A stretch of DNA of 64,000 nt from Octopus vulgaris (taxonomy: Eukaryota), in the NCBI GenBank assembly GCA_951406725.2, contig OX597825.1, positions 44,516,001 through 44,580,000 on the forward strand, given 5' to 3'. This document shows, in pieces, positions 1-12,470 of this stretch. Position 1 is the first letter of the stretch. Every line of letters starts with the position of its first letter. The position numbers were made by a program, and so were the translations under genes. The notes under the pieces were generated by a model that was not told the DNA's origin, did no database searches, and saw only the letters and a program-made list of their open reading frames with translations.

Positions 1-429
1 ATTTTTCTTTCCCCCTCCTTCTCTCTTTCACTCTTTCACCTCTCCTCCTCTCTTATTTGTATGAAAACGAAGAAGCTTTCTATAACATTCTAAAAACAGA
101 GAAATGACAGAAAATCTAAGATGCTGATAATTTAGATATTCCATTCCCTACACAATACAGCGATAAGAAATATGATCATTTATTGTTATACTTGGGAATG
201 GTCATCTTTTGTCAATTAAATACATGCTTTGTTAATATGTAGATATCTATATATCTATACATGAATATTCATCCTCTGGAAATGTTCTGGCTTTGTTATT
301 GTACATCTAACCTAAGCAGTATTATTCGTTTATTTGCATCATTTTCTCCATGTATGCTTACCTGGGTTCCTCTGATAGTCATTTTTTATCCCATAGACCT
401 GGTCCTCGGTAAAGGTATGTATTCATGTA

Positions 430-1971
430 TCTTCTATTTCTTAACTATTATAAATATTCCACTGAGGAGGGAGCCAGTTTCCTACAACGACATAAGGCTC
501 AATCTTTGGGATGTAGTCAACACAGACAAATCCGCATTTGCATATTTTTACTGTTCCGCTCACAGATTGGATTAGTAATGTAAGAATCGGTCGGTCAATT
601 TCTCTTTCTGAAAATCCCAATTCATCCAGATTCTCTTTTAATCATTTACTAACAGAACCTTGTGCTCGAATTATTATTGGTATGAACATGAATTCATAGT
701 CCGGATATAGAAGCTGGAGTTTTCGAAGCAATTTTCCATATATAACCTCCTTTTCTTTGATTTTCAAAGAGATAAATATATTTGCAGGGCAGCTAACCTC
801 TATTATATATTTGCCCCTCTATCCCAAACAACAATATCCGGCCTGTTATGCTTATATTTGACAGAAGTTTTGATGGAAATATTCCACAAGTATTCCTTGA
901 GTTGGTGTTTATGAATGTATTCCATAACAGATGGATTCTCTGAGTTTATTTCAGGACAGTCTTTTTGCGGATGGCAAGGTAAATTGTTTTAGCAGCAACA
1001 TCGTGCCGCATAGGGAGGTAGTACCGTGACGATATTTTATGATAGCTGCTAATCATTTGCGTAATGTCTTCCACAGAAACATGATACAGTCTACACATGC
1101 GGTTGCACATTGGGATTACAAAAGCGTCACTGTCTTTCTTGTTCACCAGGTACTTCGTGGGTAATCTCCTGTTCTTGGATTGCAAACGTATAGTCTTCAA
1201 AGTGTGATATGATGTAGTAGCCTTGTGTCCAAGAAAGGTTGCGCTTCGTATCAATTCTACTGTCTTCTTCAGGCTTCCGGGCAACATACCCGTGCATGGT
1301 CTTGTTTGTATGCTGAGTGCATTCCATCTAGGTCTTCTCTGAGGTAAGAAAACCCAGCTGTTTTGGGGCCGTATAGGAGATCATCGGAAAGAGAGTGTTT
1401 CTTGAGGCGTTCACTACCAGTTCGTACAATGTTGCTCATTTCCCTTTTCAGTACTGCATTAATATATTTATTTTTGCTGCTGTTGTTTAGCAGGTACTGC
1501 CTGAGTGATACCATACGGTATTTGAAGGCCGTCTGCACAGATCTCAGGCCTCTGCCACCTTAATTTCTTCTTAGGTAGAGCATGTCAATATTACTGTTTT
1601 GCGGGTTTTGATATCTATGGAGTGGATTTACTCTACAGACCAATCAAGTATCCCAAATGTTGGGATCAGCACTGGTACTGCGAATGCATTGTGGGATATT
1701 GTTTTGTTGTAAGAGGAGAGTTCTGATTGCCATATTTTCCTAACTTCTGTGTAATATTCTCGGGTCACACTATCTTTATTCACAGTGCCTTCATATGATA
1801 CATTTTGGGTTTGGGGGACTAGTGAACATTTCCTTTGGCCAAATTCTATGCCTATATCGGCTGAAAATGTTATTAATTCCTGTTTTTGGCATTGCTAGCA
1901 CTTTTAGAATAAAACTTCAGGTTGTCGATAAAGAAATTATGAGTTACATTGATATTTCTGACAGCAGAAGA
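430..1971 (-). mobile_element. 5'-truncated, degenerate RLE-type non-LTR retrotransposon (R4/Dong-like)
   Basis: Minus-strand frames give RT 'THNFFIDNLKFY' (~1940), 'FAIQEQEI', a zinc-knuckle remnant 'CRLYHVSVEDITQMISS..RHD', RLE 'HNRPDIVVWD' (~840) and C-terminal 'IQSVSGTVKICK'. Many stops and frameshifts. Confidence 0.85.
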
Positions 1972-1972
1972 A

Positions 1973-2233
<261 letters not shown>

Positions 2234-2252
2234 TTACTTTGATCGGCTCAGT

Positions 2253-3747
2253 CACTTGCTTACAAATAATGGTTTTGCTCTTAGGCAAGGATGTGAATAT
2301 GTGGTTTTTACTAATTTTGATGTAAATTCAATTTTTTGAATGGTTCTGCTCTAGCATCTCTAGTTTTTTCACTTTCACATATCCCATTTTAATTATACTG
2401 CATATAAATTTAAAATATGTGTTTATTTCATCACCTACAAAGACGTATTATAGAAAAAGGAAAACAGCATAGATACAGAACATTGATAGAACTGAATTAC
2501 TCGAATAATACAATACACATGAATCATAGTACAGCAGACAGTTAGAAGTGCGTTTTTTGGGGGGTTTATTTGAGCGATCTTGTGTACTTTGCCTCCGGGA
2601 TGTCACGCAAAAGAATCTAGCAAAAGTATTCCATCATGCTGGGGTTCCACTTGCCTTGGTAGTTGCTCTCCTTCTTAGTAATATCTTGGTGGAACCTTTC
2701 TCCATGCTCATTACTCACAGCTCCGAGCTTCGGAATGATGAAGTTGAGACGGGAGTGGAAAAAGTGAATTTTGAGGGAAGAAACTATGAAAAGACGCCAA
2801 TCTGAGGGATTGTGTGGGAAACCAAGGAAAGTGAATACGCCAGAGACATTTGTGCAGTAACACAACCTGTTTTCCATGTTGAAGAATGAAGCAAAGTCCT
2901 GATTTCGTGTCCTGAAACTGGCGATCCTTACATCTGCCTTGACCAGGTTCCACTACTTAAGCCAGGATGTCAGAAGCTCTGACTACTGCTTGCTTAGATA
3001 GATACAAATCACGGGCAAATTCATTCAGATCTTCTTGCCTTCAAACGAGATCGACTTGGCAGAATCTTCACCTGAAGGCATTTCTTCACCTGATGAAGGA
3101 AGATCCTTATTTTCTGGGGGTGTAGGGACAGGGAGATTATCTGACTGGGGAACAGGTCTCATAGCTGAGGGAACGTTGGGATATTTGATCTTTTTTCTAA
3201 AAGCATTGAAACCTCTTCTATTTGTTAGACAAAAATAATAATCATCTGCATGGCTTTGTGGCTCATTCCAGACTATGGTGCCAGAAAAGTTGAAGGCTGC
3301 TTTCTTGCCGTTAATCCATGCAGTTAATCCATTGTAGTAGGGTTTACAACACGTGTGGGGCCCAGGATTTGTCCTGATCTCCAGTTTTACAGTCAAAATA
3401 ATTAAAGTAAGTAGTTCTGTGGAGGGAAGTAATTGTTCGGAGCTGTGCAACTTTCGTGAAATCCTCCACACATAGCAGAATGAATTTGCCCTGTTGATGT
3501 ATCCTCGGTATTTTGAAGTGACTGAAGCCATTGTAGAGATATGCATCATATGTATTAGATAAATACGGAAAACAATAAAAATTGATGATATATATGGTTA
3601 CAAGAATTGTCGCAAAATTTTAATAAAATATATCTCAAAAGTTAGAGGTGATGAGTGAAATTTGATTTTGAATCTGAAATCAGCACACCGAAATCAGGTT
3701 AGGACAACTATTTTTATCTTTGCCTCAATTTCTCTCTAAACCAGTTG
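2253..3747 (-). mobile_element. Internally deleted DNA transposon relic, Chapaev3/CMC-like
   Basis: Peptides 'NSFCYV', 'PHTCCKPYYNGLTAW..WNEPQSHADDYYFC', 'WRLFIVSS' and 'LKIHFFHS..LGAVSNEHGERFHQDI..YQGKW'. Decayed CAC-type termini (cacttg.. at 2253, ..ccagttg at 3747). Superfamily call is from memory of motifs. Confidence 0.65.
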
Positions 3748-5211
3748 TATGACTCGATTCATTATTTGCTTGAAGATCCTATGCACCAACCAGTGAAATT
3801 CAGAGTATCAAGACACTGACTTGAACAGAATATAATTTATATTATTAAGTACACCTGCTGATTTATCAGAAACGATAAATGACATGACTCAACACAAATG
3901 TCTTCTTTAATACGTTATAACTGAAAGGCTACAATTTCATTTCTAGTCTTTATGGTAATATTATATTTGTGTGTGTGTATGTGTATATATGCTTATGTGC
4001 ATATGTATGCATGCATATATAATTCTATGTATATGTATGTGTATGCATATGTTCATACGTATGCGTCTACGCAGGTAGAATAAAAATGAACATGCTCATA
4101 TACACTCGTTGTTTTAAAAATATTAAAAGTATTACTTAAAAGGACTACTTTTAAAACATTACTAAAAAGCAATTTCACGACATTGCTTGTTGGAGTTTAA
4201 GACGTTTCTAATATTACCGCAAGAACCAGAAATCAAATTAAACCGTGAGAATGAAGCAGATTCTTTTCTGTTTTTGATGTTTTGGGGAGATGGGGGCTTC
4301 TGTCGTTCACATCTGTTTCTAAACAAAAGAACAAGTTTTAAGCATTTCCTTCAAACTTTCATTTCATATTTCAAAAAATTCAAACTGGGAATATTTCAAA
4401 AGAAAACATGCTGCGCTTACCAGCTGATGATCAGTAACGAGTATCTCTGACTACTAGAAATTGGAGCCTTCCACGAATTTTTTTCAGTTAACAGGTTGCA
4501 GTCTCAAAGCGACGAAAATATTTTGACAAATTAAATTTAAATGTTGAAGTGAATCTAACAGTTTTTGTGTGTTTTTAAATGGCTTATAAACACCTTCCAT
4601 GCTGCAATTATTTTTGTTTCAGCACACGAACTCAGATCAGGTCATTTGCTATACAATACATTTCCAGGCACAACTGATGAAGGGGAATATTCTTTATGTT
4701 GCATGTCTCGTTTCTCTGTTTGATTTTTCGTTGTTCGAAAGAACTTCATTTTCTATGTTTTTATTTTTGTTTTCGTTTCTCATTGTGTTCAACGTTTTTT
4801 TTATGTCCTGTACCCATACATGCATGTATATGTACATATATATGTAGGTATGTACATATATGTCTGTATATATGCATATATTTATATATTATTTATATTA
4901 TTATATATATAAACACTCGCAAAGACACACAATATATATTTTACTATATTGTATTCGTAAATCGCAATGTATACACACACACACACACATATCAAAGTTA
5001 AAAAACAACAAACGGAAATCGTCAAAACCTAACAGACAGGAAAAGGACGATAGCACATCAACTGCAAACAGGACAAAACAAGACACACGGATCATTCGCA
5101 GCCAATTGCTTCTTCAATCAGAATGGAACTATTAGTTCCATATGGAACTATTAGTATATGGAACTATTAGTAGCACTTAAATACATGTATTGTGTCCTTT
5201 ACAAGAATAAC

Positions 5212-5274
<63 letters not shown>

Positions 5275-5276
<2 letters not shown>

Positions 5277-5455
5277 CGCAGGAGTGGCTGTGTGGTAAGT
5301 AGCTTGCTAACCAACCACATGGTTCCGGGTTCAGTCCCACTGCGTGGCATCTTGGGCAAGTGTCTTCTGCTATAGCCCTGGGCCGACCAATGCCTTGTGA
5401 GTGGATTTGGTAGACGGAAACTGAAAGAAGCCTGTCGTATATATGTATATATGTG

Positions 5456-5541
<86 letters not shown>

Positions 5542-5747
5542 TTTGTCTGTGTTTGTCCCCCTAGTATTGCTTGACAAGCGATACTGGTGTGTTTACGTCC
5601 CCGTCACTTAGCGGTTCGGCAAAAGAGAACGATAGAATAAGTACTAAGCTTACAAAGAATAAGTCCTGGGGTCGATTTGCTCGACTAAAGGCGGTGCTCC
5701 AGCATGGTCACAGTCAAAGGACTGAAACAAGTTAAAGAGTAAAAAAG

Positions 5748-5750
<3 letters not shown>
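5275..5750 (+). mobile_element. tRNA-derived SINE with an internal (TA)n(TG)n tract
   Basis: Pol III A box TGGCTGTGTGG and B box GGTTCAGTCCC. Further copies at 32475-33444. Flanked by (TA)n on both sides. Confidence 0.9.
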
Positions 5751-5797
<47 letters not shown>

Positions 5798-5800
<3 letters not shown>

Positions 5801-6468
5801 ATAAAACGGTAAGATAACAAAAGAAAGAAAGAGACCTCAATATCATGTAAATAGAGGAAATTTATCTATACAATATGTTACATTACTCGGTAGTCAAGAT
5901 AAAACTCTGAGTTTCAGATGCCGAAGTGGAAATCCACAACACCATCTCTTCGGTTATCTGGCTATTTGAAAACGTTATGAAAAAATACCGTTAAAAATGA
6001 AGGTAAATTACTCTGTTATAACTCTGCTTTGCCTGCGTACTTATACATCGCTCGCATTTTTCGTCATAAAAATTATATAAAAATACATAAAAATATATAA
6101 AAATATATAAAAATATATAAAATCTTCTTGGGACATAACACAGAAAGCATGTTCTGTTACGTTTTTGGTCCCCTAAAGAAAACGGATAGAACATGCTTTC
6201 TGTGTTATGTCCCAAGAAGATTTTATATATTTTTATATATTTTTATATATTTTTATGTATTTTTATATAATTTTTATGACGAAAAATGCGAGCGATGTAT
6301 AAGTACGCAGGCAAAGCAGAGTTATAACAGAGTAATTTCCCTTCATTTTTAACGGTATTTTTTCATAACGTTTTCAAATAGCCAGATAACCGAAGAGATG
6401 GTGTTGTGGATTTCCACTTCGGCATCTGAAACTCAGAGTTTTATCTTGACTACCGAGTAATGTAACAT

Positions 6469-6476
<8 letters not shown>
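5798..6476. mobile_element. Non-autonomous Penelope-like pseudo-LTR element with inverted arms
   Basis: 289-bp inverted arms (5867-6155 and 6188-6476; one substitution seen), each carrying a hammerhead-like motif. Embedded in (TA)n. Confidence 0.75.
6384..6446 (+). ncRNA. Variant type-I hammerhead ribozyme motif (mirror copy at 5897-5959, minus strand)
   Basis: AGATAA-CCGAAGA-GATG..CATC-T-GAAA-CTCAGAG-TT-TTATCT. Stem I is 6 bp, core has U4C, stem III is short, cleavage site GUU. Confidence 0.55.
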
Positions 6477-6499
<23 letters not shown>

Positions 6500-6999
6500 T
6501 TACTTTTATATATATATGATCAGATCTCTGTTGCTATCATAGATTTTGAAATTTTATAATTAAGTGAAAATGTTCAAGTTTGATTTATTGATGCAAATTT
6601 TAAGGTTGATTCTAAATATCGAATGCACATGTGAATATGATAAATATGAGGTAACAAAGATCCAGAAAATGCACAGGAATTCGTCGTCAAGGACAATGCA
6701 CATACAAAAAGAAAATATATTTGGTGGTGGTGGTGATGGTTGTGGCGCTGCTGCTGCTGCTGTTTCGTGAAGCAGACTACAGCATCGATTGTGACTATGG
6801 AAACAGACACCAATGTGTCTATGGCTTTCGATTGACTTAAAATTACCCAAATTCAAAATCTAATTTTTTATCTATAAATTTTCGGCAAAAATGAGTTCCA
6901 TTTTCATAATTGGCATACAAAACTAAAACGATACACCAAAATTTCAAAATAATTGGAACAAATTGACAGCGAGAGAAATTAAATATAATAATCAATAAA

Positions 7000-9900
7000 A
7001 ACAAAAGCAACAACAGCAATGTTATTCCCCGTGTCCTGCAAATAAAAGCAAAAAAGCATAACTGGACACTCGAGGAATTTCAATCCTACACGCATATTTT
7101 ACAGCAGTGTGCTCTACCCACAGAACGAAAACGCAAAAATGTGGAGGAAAAATAACCTAGATAAAGATTTGGGTACAGCAATGAACCTTAATAAACTAGC
7201 CAACATGCGAAGATTATTTTCAAAGCAAAAAATATCGGAAATAGTAATAGAACACTTAAAAAGAAAAGATACATCAAGAAAACGTAGATAGCAACCACAC
7301 ACCAACACTAAATAATATTGTAAGCACTGAGACTATAAAACACGAAGACAGACGTAACATGTCCAACAAAAACGAAGTAAACAACGAAAGACAACAAATC
7401 CAGACCGTAAGAATATATAATGATAAGCAAAATGCACCAAACCAGAACAGCAAAGACACAAATATAAATGGGAGGGAATACGAAACAAATCTAAAACTTT
7501 GAATCAGGGAAAGTGAACCTAATGATTATGATACTCTAAAAATGAGCATAATCAAAGAACTGAAAACCATAGATCTCCGATTGTTATCCTAAAAATTGAA
7601 TTTAATAACAAAACAACATCAATAATAAATATTATGAACCTGGCCAACACATGTCAATATGACCAGGCTAAATGACATAATAAATACAGCAGTCTCTGTG
7701 GTCACAAAAGAAGTTGGATACTGCCTCAAACCCATGCAAACAAGAGTATCATCACCAACCCAAACCTTGTGAATAAATAACATCCAGAGAAAAATAGAAA
7801 AGAAGAGAAAGGATCTGGCAATCCTTAATGAAACTAGTAGACAATCAACACTGCTAAGCAACACGAAAAGAAGACATATACTACGTAAATACAAAATTAC
7901 AGAACAAGGTATACCTGAGGTAAAAGAACAGCTAAAGCAAGATATCCTCGCCAAAGCATAAAGAATCTGCCGGTAAGAGAAACGCCAACGTTTCTTTGAA
8001 CAAAACAAACAGTTCAACTCAAACCCCAAAAGATTCTACCAAGAACTTGCCAAAAATAAAATAGAGATCGTTACAGCACCAACAACAGAAGTGGAGGAAT
8101 TTTGGAAAGGAATATGGTCGACGAAGGAACAAGCTCAGAAAATGTCTATCAAAACAACGATCAACTCTGGACCCCTATAACAAATGACGAGGTCACCCGG
8201 GCACTACAAAAACTAAGCAATTGGAAAGCACCCGGGCGCGACAAGATACCCAACTTCTTACTAAAATACCTAACAGGAGCACATCTAGAACTAGCTGAGT
8301 AATTTAATGAAATACTAGCAGAGCCAGCGACAATGCCTGCATGGTTCATGGAAGGAAAAACTATCCTAATTCCCAAATCCACTGAAACGGTAAACGCATT
8401 GACCAATAATTTGTCTCCCTACAATTTACAAGGCCTTAACTGCAATCTCGCAGAGAATGAGCAAGCATCGGGAAGAGAACAACCTGTTTCCAGAAGAGCA
8501 AAAGAGATGCTGCAAGGACTCATACGGCTGTAAAGATGAGCTACTGATGCTGCAGAAAGAAGAAGAGTTTAAGTATTGCCTGGATCAATTACCGAAAGGG
8601 TTTTGGCAGTATTCCCCACATATGGATTCTAGAAACACTAGCCATAAACAAGGTAGCACCAATAATCAAAAAAATATTTAAAACATTCCACGAATAAATG
8701 GCAGACGGTGCTACAGCTCCTGACAAAAGAGGGACTCGTAAAAACCAAAGCCATCTCCATTAGAAGAAGACTATTCCAGGGAGATACACTCTGGAAACAT
8801 TACTACAGGCAGTTCATGGATTTACCGAAGAAAAAAACATTAAATTTGGCTTAGAAAAATGTGTCAAAGCAAACTTGAAAAGAGGAAAACTAGTTTAGAG
8901 TAGTAACATCACACTAGATAAAACCAATGAAATAAAAGTATTAGACCAAAGCCAAACTTACAAATACTTAGGAATCCATGAACTAGATACGACACAATAC
9001 ACACAAAGGAAAGAGAAGATAAGAAAAGAACATTATAGACGAGTAAGATTAGTATTGAAACAGGGCTCAATGCAAAAAACAAAATAATAGGCTTCAATAC
9101 TCTAGCCACACCAGTTATGTTACAGCTACAATATTCTTAACTAGACTCTAAATGAATTAATCAAAATAAACAGGAAAACAAGAAAAATAATGACAGGATT
9201 TAGGATGCACCACCCAAAATCTGACATAGAAAGGTTATATATTTCCAACGTATGGAAGACGGTAGAGGCCTTATACAGCTAGCAAACTATTACAAAATAA
9301 CCACCATAGGACTAAAGTAATACCTACGTCAGAAGCAATGAAAACTAATACAACTAGCCACAAAACATGAAAAAAACAAAAATCTGTTTTCAGTTTTTAA
9401 GGAAGCTGCAAAAAAAGTCATACTACCTAACGTCTATGAAGAAAAAGAAGAAACAACAAAAGCTGTAAAACAACTGAACTCCAAACTAAAATTAGAACAG
9501 CAACGGATCATGATAAAACGATGGCAAGAAAAGCCTCTTCATAGCAAATACTAGATTAAACTAAACAAAGAAACATAGAAAAGGTAAAATCCCAGCAATG
9601 GTTCAGAAGCTCAGGACACAAAGCAGAAACTGAAGGATTTTTAATTGCAGCACAAGATCAAAGCCTTCCCATTACAAATTACCAAAATTATATAGTGTGA
9701 AGAAACATAAAAAGTAACTGCAGAATATGTGGAGATGAACAAGAAACAATAAATCATATTGTCTCTGGCTGCCCAGTCCTAGCTAAGAAGGAATATATTT
9801 ACAGACATGACAGAGTTGGGATCTATATATGCTGGAAACCAATACTATGGAATAACAGCAGCGAGAAACTGGTATAGGCACATGCCAGAAAAGGTTACAG

Positions 9901-11455
9901 AAAATGAGAAAGCAGCCATACTATGGGATACGACGATACACACAGATAAAGAAGTTAAGGCCAATTGGCCGGATATACGAGGGGCGTTCAATAAGTAATG
10001 CCCCTGACCCACTTCCCATAGCAGTAGATCAACGAAACTTGGCACAGTTATTAGTCTTTTTCTACATAGGAACCACCCAGAGTTACGCATTTCTCCCATC
10101 GTTTGATGCAACTCTGAAGACCGTTTTTGTAGAAGACCCCAGCTTGGTCCTCCAACCATGACGTGACTTCAGAAATCAAGGCTGCATCATCTGGGAAACG
10201 CTTTCCTTTCAAAAACAACTTCATGGCTGGGAAGAGGTGAAAATCAGAGGGTGCAGGTCAGGAGAGTAGGGGGAATGGGGGATGAGTTCATAGCCGCACG
10301 CTTCTGTGCTTCTGATCTGGTGACACGCGAGTTGTGGACCGGAGCGTTGTCCTGCAGGAGGAGGATGCCTTTGCTGATCTTGCCCCGCCTCTTGATTTTG
10401 ATAGCTTCTCTTAATTTCCTCAAAAGTGAAGCATAATAGACTCCTGTAATTGTGGCACCCTTTGCCAAGAAATCTGTCATCACTACTCCGTCCTGGTCCC
10501 AGAAGACTGTGAGCATGACCTTGCCAGCGGAGGGCTGCACCCTTGCCTTCTTTGGAGGAGGTGAGTCACGGTGCTTCCACTGCATTGACTGGGCTTTGGT
10601 CTCTGGATCATAGTGATGGACCCAGGTTTCATCCTGTGTAATCAGTCTTTTGAAAAATTTTGACTCGTCTTCTTGGCACATCTTCAAATTCATCCTCGCG
10701 CAATCGACGCGTTCTTGCTTCTGGAAAGGTGTGAGCAGCCTGGGAATCCATCTGGCAGACACCTTTTGCATATGCAAATGGTCATGAATGATAGTTTCCA
10801 CAGACCCGGTACTAATCTTGACCTCATGGGCTATTTGGCGAATAGTTATGCGTCGATCTTCCAAAATGGCAGCCTCAACTTGACGGACAGATGTCTCATC
10901 AATGGCAGAAGGGGGCGACCAGATCTGGGAGCTGTTTCCACAAAGTTCCGACCATGTTTGAATTCACGATGCCAGCGTTTTACAAGGTCATATGATGGGG
11001 CATCATCACCATAAGTTACTTTTATTTCATCAAAAGTCTCCCGTGGTGTGCGTCCTTTCAAATACAAGAACCGCATCACTGCTCGACACTCAACAGGCTC
11101 CGTTTCACACTTGACTCAGTTCAAACACCTGTAAATCAGAAACCACAATTAGTTCAGAGCTGTAATTTGCCACTTAATCTATAGAGATATAAATAATTGC
11201 ACATGCAAAATTTTAGCTAGATCAAACAACTGCAAGAGGGTCAGAGGCATTACTTATTGAACGCCCCTCGTAGTTGTCAGGGATCATCAAGGAAAAACGT
11301 CCTTTCTAATCGACGTATCAATACCAACATATGACGGAGAAACTTTCAAAATACAAAAAAAAACTGAAAATTTTGGTAACATAAATGGGGAATCTAAAAG
11401 CTGAACCAATTCTTATCATAGGAGGTGCATTAGGTATGATAAAAAAATAGTCAAA
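7000..11455 (+). mobile_element. Degenerate R4/Dong-like RLE retrotransposon, interrupted by a mariner
   Basis: 'NWKAPGRDKIPNF', 'PAWFMEGKTILIPK', 'PEEQKRCCKDSYGCKDEL', 'ETEGFLIAAQDQ', 'CRIC..ETINHIVSGC..RHD', 'ILWD..NWPDI|VVRDH'. Confidence 0.88.
9978..11270 (-). mobile_element. Full-length mariner (irritans-like); transposase frameshifted
   Basis: TIR CGAGGGGCGTTCAATAAGTAATGCC at both ends, TA duplications at 9976-9977 and 11271-11272, length 1293 bp. Motifs WIPRLL, TQDETWVHHYDPE, LLQDNAPVH and PYSPDL. Confidence 0.96.
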
Positions 11456-11457
11456 TA

Positions 11458-12355
11458 TCAAGTCATCCCATAAGTTCTGTCCGATTTTACCTTTTTTTAA
11501 ATTGAATGAAATTTAATAGTATTTTAGAATGTCTAATGGAATTTAAATTTTTTTGATTAAAACCCTTTCTCACATGGAAGTATCCAAAGAGCATTTAAGG
11601 CACATAACGCTTTATGAGCACAAAAAAGGTAAATCGGGACAGAATGCTTGAATGAAAGAAATTGCAGAAGATGGTTTGCAAAATTCAGAAGTGGAGATTT
11701 CAGCCTTGAAGCTGAATATCGAACAGGACATACAGTTGAGTTTGATTATAAGCTCCTTGAGGCATTACTTGAAGAAAATCCTGCATTATCAGTTGAAGAA
11801 TTGGCAATAAAGCTTAGTTCAAACCATACAACTGTTCATCATCATCTTCAACAACTTGGAAAGCTTCCTAAACTTGGAAAATGGATGCCTCATGAATTGT
11901 CCGAAAGCAACCGCAAATCTCATTTCACCCTTTTTGGATATACATGTGACTGGTGACGAAAAATTGATCTTCTATCGAAATGTTAAACGTCGTAAACAGT
12001 GGCTTGGTAAAAGGGAAAAATTTCAACCACAACCGAGAAGGGAACTTAATGGGAAAAAGGTTCTTCTCTCTATCTGGTGGGATTGCAAAGGAGTAATTCA
12101 CTTTGAATTGCTACCATCTAATGCAACAATCAATGCTCAAGTTTACTGTCAACAATTAGAGAGTTTGAACCAAGCTTTGAAGAAAAAAAGACCTGCTGTA
12201 GTGAATCAAAAAGGAGTGATGTTTCATCAGGACAAAGCCCGACCCCACACTGCAAAGAACGCAGAGCTTGGCTAGGAAAAAAATCCTCATCCACCTTATT
12301 CTCCCGACCTTGCTCATTCAGACTACCATTTCTTTCGTAGTTTACAGAATCATTA
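11458..12355 (+). mobile_element. 3'-truncated mariner (second family)
   Basis: 'RRWFAKFRSGDFSLE', 'WMPHEL', 'VTGDEKLI', 'FHQDKARPH', 'HPPYSPDLAHSDYHFFRSLQNH'. Only the left TIR is found, after a TA. Confidence 0.9.
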
Positions 12356-12371
12356 TTGTTGTAATATTGAT

Positions 12372-12470
12372 GAAGAAGAAGAAGAAGAAGAAGAAGAAGA
12401 AGAAGAAGAAGAAGAAGAAGAAGAAGAAGAAGAAGAAGAAGAAGAAGAAGAAGAAGAAGAAGAAGAAGAA
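12372..12470. repeat. (GAA)n microsatellite
   Basis: Directly visible. Confidence 0.99.

Noticed and set aside
4415-4480. CTGATGA..GAAA hammerhead candidate (also CTGATGA at 4674)
   Set aside because: No convincing stems I and III, and no correctly placed GAAA and UH.
5275-5350. tRNA gene
   Set aside because: A and B boxes are present, but the sequence continues into a multi-copy SINE body and I see no complete cloverleaf.
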